From assembly GCA_964016885.1 (NCBI GenBank), contig OZ024742.1:220534001-220598000 (forward strand): 64,000 nt of DNA, written 5' to 3'. Under the pieces are notes generated by a model. It was given only the letters and a program-made list of their open reading frames with translations, was not told where the DNA came from and made no database searches. The translations under genes were made by a program, and so were the position numbers. Positions 25,511 through 36,113 of this stretch are shown piece by piece (the stretch's first letter is position 1; the number at the start of each line of letters is the position of its first letter). The DNA is from Eledone cirrhosa (lineage: Eukaryota).

Positions 25511-25846
25511 TGTATGTATGAAGTCAATGTAGAAATGATGATAATGATAATATGCATTTTTATCTTCGTTTGGAAACTTCATTATATATATTTTCAATAT
25601 ATAAGTAAACGCTTACCTCCCCTTAATAGAAGTGGGAAAGACACGGCCAAACTTAAGTCACTCTACAGTTTTACTAGTTAAAACTCTATTAGCAGGCAGC
25701 AATAAAAGGTAATACTATGAAAACAGAAGACATTCTAATTTATTACCTTCTCATTGTTATCTCTACGTAATTGCCATGTTTGTGTTTTATTTTTGTTTAT
25801 TGTTTTTTTTTTGTTTGTTTTTTTGGTGGTGTGGAACATTGTTTAG

Positions 25847-25924
25847 TTGGAAAAAGATCTGATCAGCGACCTGCTCGAAAATATGAAAGACAAACAGAAA
25901 AACTGGGACATCATCCAGGAAACG
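25847..25924 (+). CDS. tetraspanin coding exon 4 (large extracellular loop helices)
   Basis: gtttag| LEKDLISDLLENMKDKQKNWDIIQET |gtgagt; WDxxQ motif; 78 nt, phase 0. Confidence 0.92.
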
Positions 25925-26139
25925 GTGAGTGTAATTTATAAGTCTGTCTCTTTATGTGTCTGCATTTACTCTGATGAATGTGTGAACATTTTTAGGCTGT
26001 TCTCCTGTCTGTTTTAATGCATCCATATTCTTGTGTATGTAGGGAAGGTGAATTCATGAATATATACATATATATATATATATATATAAACAAGAAGTGT
26101 AGGTCAACAGGTTACAATTAACTTTGTTTAATCATATTC

Positions 26140-26199
26140 GCTGTTATATATATTTCGGTAATAACCATTATGCAACAGCTATGACCTCATCAGACAACT
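26140..26199 (-). ncRNA. minimal type I hammerhead ribozyme (candidate)
   Basis: GUUGU-CUGAUGA-[GGUCAUAGC..GGUUAUUACC]-GAAA-UAUAUA-UA^ACAGC. Confidence 0.7.
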
Positions 26200-26269
26200 A
26201 GAATTTGAACAGGGAAAAAAAAACAGAAAAACATATTGATGGAATAAAGTATAAGACACGTTTCTGGAC

Positions 26270-26448
26270 AGGGCGCAGGGTTAAACTGCCAGCTATTGCT
26301 GGTACTCATTTTTTAGCTGCGTATACTGAAGCAACGTGAAATGAAATATTTTGCTCAAGAGCACAAAACACAACACAGTCCAGGAGTCGAACCCACGACA
26401 TTATGACCGTAAGTCTAACACCCTTACCACAAGGCCACGCGTCTCCAC
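26270..26448 (-). mobile_element. tRNA-derived CORE-like SINE
   Basis: homologous to 5322-5573; GGAGACGCGTGGCCTTGTGGTAAGG..GGTTCGACTCC. Confidence 0.7.
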
Positions 26449-27439
26449 AAAAAACAAGTAACATAGCAATTCGTTAAATATAGATCAATGAAACAAGTGT
26501 AAGACTGAAACTGGTACTGGATTCGATTATGATAGATTAAAACTTTTGGTGACACTACTTTGGCATGACACAAACTAAATGACCGAAACCTGTAAAACAA
26601 AATAATTAAGAATAATAAAATATATATGTAAGCATAAGAAAAAAGAGACGAACATTTGGATAATGTAATCTTAGATATAGTGGTTAAGAAGGATGAGACA
26701 GACACTGCTAGAATGTGTTATACGTCTGTTGGGTAAAAGTAACAATTAATTTGGATATTCATTTTTTTTTTCGAGAAGAAAACCATCAGGCAATGTATGA
26801 GTAACTTCCCTTGCATATGTCACCTTTATGTATTGAAAGGGAGAGTACTCGTAAACCATGTGCTTATATACAGTACAATTTTGTTCTGACTTATATTTTG
26901 AGTTCAAATCCTGCCAAGGGACCGATAAAATAAACTACTAGTCAAGTACTAGAGTTGATTTAATCACTTTGACCTCCCCCCATTTTCTGCTTTTATGACT
27001 CAATAATATTGAATACAGTTTATAGTAGGTAATATTGACTGGGGATTTCACGAGGAATATCAAGCGAAAAGTACACCATTTGTATTTTAGGAATGTATTT
27101 TTAAGATATCTAACGTTATTACCATTCATGGTAGAGATATGGTCCCATAACGCCTGAAGGAGTCGTATGGGTGTCGTAATGGCATACAGCGTTTCTTGGT
27201 CATTTTTAAAACTTGGCGGAGCTTATCTTTTCTCCAGGTCTGAACACAGCAGATTTCTTACAGAGAAAGACAGAAAGGAGATAGAGAGGATGTGAAAAAG
27301 AGATATAGAAGAAGAACTGACCCCAGTACTAGACTGGTACTTTTTTTATCGAATGGAATGATGCATAATAATATCTTACTGAAACAATGACATGATTTTT
27401 CATTATATAGTTTCCTACACACACAAACATGGATAGGGG

Positions 27440-27587
27440 TATGTATGCTATATGATAAGCCTATGTATGCTACATGATAAAGTCTATGTATTCTATATGA
27501 TAAAGTTTATGTATGCTTCATGATAAAGTCTATGTATGCTACATGATAAATGTATATATACTACATGATGATGTCTATGTATTCTAG
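27440..27587. repeat. ~23-bp tandem repeat (~6.5 units) ending at the exon 5 acceptor
   Basis: TATGTATGCTACATGATAAAGTC units. Confidence 0.85.
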
Positions 27588-27707
27588 AACAAATGCTGTG
27601 GAGTAAAAAACTACACTGACTGGATAGGAGAAGTGGCCTCCCCAGTAAACCTTCCAAATTCCTGTTGTATAGTCCAATGTCAAAGCACTAAAGATGCTTT
27701 TGTATTA
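27588..27707 (+). CDS. tetraspanin coding exon 5 (CCG exon)
   Basis: ttctag| NKCCGVKNYTDWIGEVASPVNLPNSCCIVQCQSTKDAFVL |gtgagt; CCG, DW and PxSCC signatures; 120 nt. Confidence 0.95.
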
Positions 27708-27726
27708 GTGAGTATAACACGTTTTA

Positions 27727-27728
<2 letters not shown>

Positions 27729-27801
<73 letters not shown>

Positions 27802-27884
27802 GAAGTAATTCCGTCGGAAAGGTCCAGGATAAAAGAGGGCTCTATGTAGGTTACAGAGCTTATTTATGTATATATATATATAAA

Positions 27885-27934
<50 letters not shown>

Positions 27935-28035
27935 TATATATATAAATATATAAATATAAATATATATATATAAATATATAAATATATATATATATAAACT
28001 TATATATATATAAACTTATTTATATATATATAAAC
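27729..28035. repeat. (CT)n and (TA)n microsatellites
   Basis: long TA runs. Confidence 0.9.
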
Positions 28036-28248
28036 TCTAAACAAAGAGAGGACAAGATAACGAACAGAAACAAGGCAAAACGAAAATTAATTTTTTAAGA
28101 GGAACCCATAAAAAATTAATAAAAAAAAAAAAATACAAACGAAGGCCACAGAACTCCATGGTGATCGGCTGTTGAGGTGGACGTTGGCAGTTTCTACCTC
28201 TATCAACGGTACTTCTGGTCCACCCGGGGTCATAAACACATTCACAGA

Positions 28249-28303
28249 CCGCATACACTCACTAAAGCACACTAATGCAGAGAGGGGTAGGGATAGAGGG
28301 ATC

Positions 28304-28337
<34 letters not shown>

Positions 28338-28592
28338 ATCAAAAGATGGTTAAAAGAGTTCCATGTATTTTATTATGCGCATTTTAACTCTTTTAACCAT
28401 CTTTTGATCTTATATATTATGTATACTCCAGTCCTACAAACTGTAGAGTGATTCTTATCCGATATCTGCATTGCTTTATTGTACTACAATAAAACTCACC
28501 TCCTACATACATATATATATATATATATATCCCTACCCCTCTCTCTCTCTCTCTCTCTTCCTACGTTACTGTGTTTTAGTGAGTTAATGCGG
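28249..28592. repeat. nested inverted-repeat (fold-back) structure
   Basis: imperfect outer arms 28249-28294 / 28528-28592; perfect ~32-bp inner arms 28329-28360 / 28386-28417. Confidence 0.75.
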
Positions 28593-28607
28593 TTATAGAT
28601 CTGCGTG

Positions 28608-28638
<31 letters not shown>

Positions 28639-28772
28639 AGTGCGCGCGTGTGTGTGTGTGTGAGTGCGTGTGCATGCGTGCGACAGTGTGTGTATAAGCT
28701 TGTATGGATATCTGTCTCGGTGTAGAATGGGAGGTTAAAGTGTGGTGCTACAGAAAGAGTGATATACATAAT

Positions 28773-28959
28773 TGTTTCTACGTTAGGCACAAGGCCAGCA
28801 AATTACCCAGTGTATTACTGGTACTTTATTTTATCGACCCCGTAAGGATGAAAGGCAAAGTTAACCTCGGCGGGATTTGAACTCAGAATGGCAAGGGCCG
28901 TAACTCTATGCGCCCGCCAAAGCATGGCGTCCGACACTCTACCGATACTGCCAATCCAC
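28773..28959 (-). mobile_element. young SINE (subfamily A)
   Basis: near-identical to 5680-5865; TSD ATACATAAT. Confidence 0.9.
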
Positions 28960-29369
28960 ATACATAATGAACAGATACAGATTTGTCATTAATAATTTCT
29001 TTTATATTTGATACAAACACAGGCAAACCACACACATACACAATGTTAATACAGCCCGACACACTTAGACAACCATCGCCAACAATAGACCATTCAACCA
29101 ATATATACGGTGATACACAAAAAATTAAAATCAACACTGACATATCCACATTTTTCTATATTTTATTTTCTAATCTATTTACTATTGTATTCCCCTGATG
29201 AAGGACTAATGTCCGATACGTTGAACATTTCTCTCTCTTTCGCCCAAATAGTGAACATAATAACACTAATTGTTTTTGTTTATATATATATAACAAAGTG
29301 TGGTAAGAAACAAGGTCGACAATAACGCACCAGATTACTCGATACTTAGGGCAGTAGAGTGGGTATATA

Positions 29370-29444
<75 letters not shown>

Positions 29445-29584
29445 CGTGTATATATATATGTGTGTGCGTGTATAATATATATGTATATGTGTGTGTGTGT
29501 ATAATATATATGTATGTGTGTGTGTGTAATTATGTTTATTACTTCATTTTGTTTCTTACGACCATTTTGTCTCTCTTTTCCAAG

Positions 29585-29668
29585 CCCTGCTATGACAAAC
29601 TGATATCCTGGATCTCTGACAACTTGTATCTGATTGGTGCTTCAGGTGTTACAATTGGCATACTTCAG
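29585..29668 (+). CDS. tetraspanin coding exon 6
   Basis: ttccaag| PCYDKLISWISDNLYLIGASGVTIGILQ |gtgggt; last loop Cys and TM4 Gln; 84 nt. Confidence 0.93.
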
Positions 29669-29867
29669 GTGGGTTTCTTTGTTTTTTTCGTCCTACGTGT
29701 ATTGCAGTCTTATTATATTGGCAAAGACATTTAACCGAGTCATCATAGCTGTATATAGCTAACATAGATGGCTACTGGCTACTGTTGATAATGAAAGTAG
29801 TAGAATAACAGTACAATTGATTTATTAGCGTACAATACTTAGCTTAGAGTTCACCATATTGACTTTG

Positions 29868-30432
29868 ATTTAGACACAAGGTCAAACGTTTTGCGGAAGG
29901 AGAAAGACGATCTACTTGAGTCCAGTGAATTACAGGTACTTTATTTTATCGACCCCCCGTATGAATGAAAGCTAACCTCGGTGAGATTTGAACACAAAAC
30001 GTAGAAAGTTGTAATTAAATACTACAACGCATGTTGTCCGAAGCTCTACCGATCCATAATGAAAGGTAGACACTGGTGATATTTGAACTTGGAACGCAGT
30101 GATCTGGAACAAATATACAAATCTCTAACGACTCTGCCAAATCGACCGCCGTCACACTGTAAAAAAAAAAGGATATTCTTATCATATTGGAGTTATCTCC
30201 CTTAACTTTGTCTGTCACCTTTCTTGGGTCGATAAAATGATTTCTAGAATAGGCACAAGGCCAGTAATTTAGGGAGGGGGGGGGGTCGATTAAATCGACC
30301 CCAGTACGTTACTGGTGCTTTATTTTATCGACCCGGTAAGGATGAAAGGCTTGATTTGAACTCAGATCATGAAGGGTCATAACTCTATGCTGCAAAGCAG
30401 GGCGTCTGACCCTCTAACAATACTGCCAATCC
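29868..30432 (-). mobile_element. cluster of older and variant copies of the SINE family
   Basis: cacaagg..ggtactttattttatcgaccc..tttgaac at ~29870-30060 and ~30240-30432. Confidence 0.7.
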
Positions 30433-30579
30433 AAAAGAGGAATCAGGTAAATATTGGAGTTGATTTAATCAGCTTTGTCCTTTTAAATGTGTTGGCCTTC
30501 TGCCTAAATATAGACATCAATATTGTGAATATACTTTAAATACTACGGGTAATATTAGATAATATTACATAGCTACAGT

Positions 30580-30703
30580 CCCTATACGATCTGAGTTCAA
30601 ATCCCACCGAGGTTAACTTTGCCTTTCATCCTTACGGGGTCGATAAAATAAAGTACCAGTAATGTACTGGGTGATTGCTGGTCTAGTGCCAAAAGTAGAA
30701 ACA
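30580..30703 (+). mobile_element. 5'-truncated young SINE (subfamily B)
   Basis: 16-bp TSD ATTACATAGCTACAGT at 30564-30579 / 30704-30719. Confidence 0.9.
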
Positions 30704-30755
30704 ATTACATAGCTACAGTAATTATAATTTTTCTTTTTTTAATTTTCATAATGCT

Positions 30756-33700
30756 TATACAAAGTTAGAATGTTGGGTGCCTGTCATACAAAGTTAGAAT
30801 GTTGGGTGCCTGTCATACAAAGTTAGAGTGGTGGGTGCCTGTCATACAAAGTTAGAGTGGTGGGTGCCTGTCAAACAAAGTTAGAGTGGTGGGGGCCTGT
30901 CATACAAAGTTAGAATGGTGGGTGCCTGTCATACGAAGTTAGAATGTTGGGTGCCTGTCATACAAAGTTAGAGTGGTGGGTGCCTGTCATACAAAGTTAG
31001 AGTGGTGGGGGCCTGTCATACAAAGTTAGAATGGTGGGGGCCTGTCATACAAAGTTAGAGTGGTGGGGGCCTGTCATACAAAGTTAGAATGGTGGGTGCC
31101 TGTCATACAAAGTTAGAGTGGTGGGTGCCTGTCATACAAAGTTAGAGTGGTGGGTGCCTGTCATACAAAGTTAGAATGTTGGGTGCCTGTCATACAAAGT
31201 TAGAGTGGTGGGGGCCAGTCATACAAAGTTAGAGTGGTGGGGGCCTGTCATACAAAGTTAGAGTGGTGGGGGCCTGTCATACAAAGTTAGAGTGCTGGGT
31301 GCCTGTCATACAAAGTTAGAGTGGTGGGGGCCTGTCATACAAAGTTAGAATGGTGGGGGCCTGTCATACAAAGTTAGAATGGTGGGGGCCTGTCATACAA
31401 AGTTAGAATGGTGGGGGCCTGTCATACAAAGTTAGAGTGGTGGGTGCCTGTCATACAAAGTTAGAGTGGTGGGGGCCTGTCATACAAAGTTAGAATGTTG
31501 GGTGCCTGTCATACAAAGTTAGAGTGGTGGGTGCCTGTCATACAAAGTTAGAATGGTGGGGGCCTGTCATACAAAGTTAGAGTGGTGGGGGCCTGTCATA
31601 CAAAGTTAGAGTGGTGGGGGCCTGTCATACAAAGTTAGAATGGTGGGGGCCTGTCATACAAAGTTAGAATGGTGGGGGCCTGTCATACAAAGTTAGAGTG
31701 GTGGGTGCCTGTCATACAAAGTTAGAATGGTGGGGGCCTGTCATACAAAGTTAGAATGTTGGGTGCCTGTCATACAAAGTTAGAGTGGTGGGGGCCTGTC
31801 ATACAAAGTTAGAATGGTGGGGGCCTGTCATACAAAGTTAGAATGGTGGGGGCCTGTCATACAAAGTTAGAATGTTGGGTGCCTGTCATACAAAGTTAGA
31901 GTGGTGGGTGCCTGTCATACAAAGTTAGAATGGTGGGGGCCTGTCATACAAAGTTAGAGTGGTGGGGGCCTGTCATACAAAGTTAGAATGTTGGGTGCCT
32001 GTCATACAAAGTTAGAATGTTGGGTGCCTGTCATACAAAGTTAGAATGGTGGGTGCCTGTCATACAAAGTTAGAATGTTGGGTGCCTGTCATACAAAGTT
32101 AGAGTGGTGGGTGCCTGTCATACAAAGTTAGAATGGTGGGTGCCTGTCATACAAAGTTAGAATGGTGGGTGCCTGTCATACAAAGTTAGAGTGGTGGGTG
32201 CCTGTCATACAAAGTTAGAGTGGTGGGTGCCTGTCATACAAAGTTAGAGTGGTGGGGGCCTGTCATACAAAGTTAGAATGGTGGGGGCCTGTCATACAAA
32301 GTTAGAGTGGTGGGGGCCTGTCATACAAAGTTAGAGTGGTGGGTGCCTGTCATACAAAATTAGAGTGGTGGGGGCCTATCATACAAAGTTAGAATGTTGG
32401 GTGCCTGTCATACAAAGTTAGAGTGGTGGGTGCCTGTCATACAAAGTTAGAGTGGTGGGTGCCTGTCATACAAAGTTAGAGTGGTGGGGGCCTGTCATGC
32501 AAAGTTAGAGTGGTGGGGGCCTGTCATACAAAGTTAGAATGTTGGGTGCCTGTCATACAAAGTTAGAATGGTGGGGGCCTATCATACAAAGTTAGAATGT
32601 TGGGTGCCTGTCATACAAAGTTAGAGTGGTGGGTGCCTGTCATACAAAGTTAGAGTGATGGGGGCCTGTCATACAAAGTTAGAGTGGTGGGGGCCTATCA
32701 TACAAAGTTAGAATGTTGGGTGCCTGTCATACAAAGTTAGAATGGTGGGGGCCTGTCATACAAAGTTAGAGTGGTGGGGGCCTGTCATACAAAGTTAGAG
32801 TGGTGGGGGCCTGTCATACAAAGTTAGAATGGTGGGGGCCTGTCATACAAAGTTAGAATGGTGGGGGCCTGTCATACAAAGTTAGAGTGGTGGGTGCCTG
32901 TCATACAAAGTTAGAGTGGTGGGGGCCTGTCATACAAAGTTAGAATGTTGGGTGCCTGTCATACAAAGTTAGAGTGGTGGGTGCCTGTCATACAAAGTTA
33001 GAGTGGTGGGTGCCTGTCATACAAAGTTAGAGTGGTGGGTGCCTGTCATACAAAGTTAGAGTGGTGGGGGCCTGTCATACAAAGTTAGAATGGTGGGGGC
33101 CTGTCATACAAAGTTAGAATGGTGGGGGCCTGTCATACAAAGTTAGAATGGTGGGGGCCTGTCATACAAAGTTACAGTGGTGGGTGCCTGTCATACAAAG
33201 TTAGAGTGGTGGGGGCCTGTCATACAAAGTTAGAATGTTGGGTGCCTGTCATACAAAGTTAGAGTGGTGGGTGCCTGTCATACAAAGTTAGAATGGTGGG
33301 GGCCTGTCATACAAAGTTAGAGTGGTGGGGGCCTGTCATACAAAGTTAGAGTGGTGGGGGCCTGTCATACAAAGTTAGAATGGTGGGGGCCTGTCATACA
33401 AAGTTAGAATGGTGGGGGCCTGTCATACAAAGTTAGAGTGGTGGGTGCCTGTCATACAAAGTTAGAATGGTGGGGGCCTGTCATACAAAGTTAGAATGTT
33501 GGGTGCCTGTCATACAAAGTTAGAGTGGTGGGGGCCTGTCATACAAAGTTAGAATGGTGGGGGCCTGTCATACAAAGTTAGAATGGTGGGGGCCTGTCAT
33601 ACAAAGTTAGAATGTTGGGTGCCTGTCATACAAAATTAGAGTGGTGGGGGCCTGTCATACAAAGTTAGAATGTTGGGTGCCTGTCATACAAAGTTAGAAT

Positions 33701-35505
33701 GTTGGGTGCCTGTCATACAAAGTTAGAATGGTGGGTGCCTGTCATACAAAGTTAGAGTGGTGGGTGCCTGTCATACAAAGTTAGAGTGGTGGGTGCCTGT
33801 CATACAAAGTTAGAATGGTGGGTGCCTGTCATACAAAGTTAGAATGGTGGGTGCCTGTCATACAAAGTTAGAGTGGTGGGTGCCTGTCATACAAAGTTAG
33901 AGTGGTGGGTGCCTGTCATTCAAAGTTAGAGTGGTGGGGGCCTGTCATACAAAATTAGAATGGTGGGGGCCTGTCATACAAAGTTAGAGTGGTGGGTGCC
34001 TGTCATACAAAATTAGAGTGGTGGGGGCCTATCATACAAAGTTAGAATGTTGGGTGCCTGTCATACAAAGTTAGAGTGGTGGGTGCCTGTCATACAAAGT
34101 TAGAGTGGTGGGGGCCTGTCATACAAAGTTAGAGTGGTGGGGCCTGTCATACAAAGTTAGAATGTTGGGTGCCTGTCATACAAAGTTAGAATGGTGGGGG
34201 CCTATCATACAAAGTTAGAATGTTGGGTGCCTGTCATACAAAGTTAGAGTGGTGGGTGCCTGTCATACAAAGTTAGAGTGGTGGGGGCCTGTCATACAAA
34301 GTTAGAGTGGTGGGAGCCTATCATACAAAGTTAGAATGTTGGGTGCCTGTCATACAAAGTTAGAATGGTGGGGGCCTGTCATACAAAGTTAGAGTGGTGG
34401 GGGCCTGTCATACAAAGTTAGAGTGGTGGGGGCCTGTCATACAAAGTTAGAATGGTGGGGGCCTGTCATACAAAGTTAGAATGGTGGGTGCCTGTCATAC
34501 AAAGTTAGAATGGTGGGGGCCTGTCATACAAAGTTAGAATGGTGGGGGCCTGTCATACAAAGTTAGAATGGTGAGTATCCTTCATACAAAGTTAGAATGG
34601 TGGGGGCCTGTCATACGAAGTTAGAGTGGTGGGTGCCTGTCATACAAAGTTAGAATGGTGGGTGCCTGTCATACAAAGTTAGAATGGTGGGTGCCTGTCA
34701 TACAAAGTTAGAGTGGTGGGGGCCTGTCATACAAAGTTAGAATGTTGGGTGCCTGTCATACAAAGTTAGAGTGGTGGGGGCCTGTCATACAAAGTTAGAG
34801 TGGTGGGGGCCTGTCATACAAATTTAGAGTGGTGGGTGCCTGTCATACAAAGTTAGAATGTTGGGTGCCTGTCATACAAAGTTAGAGTGGTGGGGGCCTG
34901 TCATACAAAGTTAGAATGGTGGGTGCCTGTCATACAAAGTTAGAATGGTGGGGGCCTGTCATACAAAGTTAGAGTGGTGGGTGCCTGTCATACAAAGTTA
35001 GAATGGTGGGTGCCTGTCATACTAAGTTAGAGTGGTGGGGGCCTGTCATACAAAGTTAGAGTGGTGGGTGCCTGTCATACAAAGTTAGAATGTTGGGTGC
35101 CTGTCATACAAAGTTAGAGTGGTGGGTGCCTGTCATACAAAGTTAGAATGTTGGGTGCCTGTCATACAAAGTTAGAGTGGTGGGGGCCTGTCATACAAAG
35201 TTAGAATGGTGGGGGCCTGTCATACAAAGTTAGAGTGGTGGGGGCCTGTCATACAAAGTTAGAGTGGTGGGGGCCTGTCATACAAAGTTAGAGTGGTGGG
35301 GGCCTGTCATACAAAGTTAGAATGGTGAGTATCCTTCATACAAAGTTAGAATGGTGGGTATCTTTCATACAAAGTTAGAATGGTGGGTATCTTTCACACA
35401 AAGTTAGAATAGTGTCCTTCATACAAAGTTAGAGTGGTGGGTATCCATCATACAAAGCTAAAATGGTGGGTATCCGTCATACAAATCTAGAGTGGTGTCC
35501 GTCAT
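30756..35505. repeat. 29-bp tandem satellite, ~160 units, intronic
   Basis: unit GTCATACAAAGTTAGA(G/A)TG(G/T)TGGG(T/G)GCCT; degenerate right edge. Confidence 0.98.
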
Positions 35506-36113
35506 ATTGGTGGGTTATGTTGGGATTATACTATTCCTTTTGTATACTAATTCCTTTTTACACCTCTAATTAATTGATCCACCCTTATAAAAGGGCAGAT
35601 GAACTCTTCGGAGTCAATGGCCATCCACTCCAACAATGGGTTAAATAGCTTCACCAACCCACAACTGGCCAAACTTGGTGAGTACGGTCACACAATTACC
35701 ATTACCAAAACCAAACAAAAAGTGATGGAGGTCAACCAGGGAGAGGTTCCTCTAACAAGAGCGAAAAGGCCTTGGATTGGATTGGAATTAATTGATAGTT
35801 AAAGAGTATTATTGTTTTCTAACATATATTTATTACAAATTTGTTCTATTTCATTTTATTTTGATATATTAAGGGCAATGTTCAGGCACATTTGTTAGAG
35901 CCACTTAAAAAAATGTTTATAGTATTTGTACTGGCTCTTTACATGTTAAATTCAACCCCTCCTTAGTCACCTTGGGGACAACCTTCTAAGTGGCCAATGG
36001 CTTCATCCTTGTAATGAAGGTGGATGAACTACAGCTTAGTAGCTAGTATTCAGGAAATAGTTGAATGAGGATTCAGGACCTACCAATGTGGTTTTTTCCT
36101 GATGAGAATTATG

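Noticed and set aside
35599-35802. Small ORF between the two satellites
   Set aside because: It has no recognisable motif or convincing splice context and is not needed for the tetraspanin frame.
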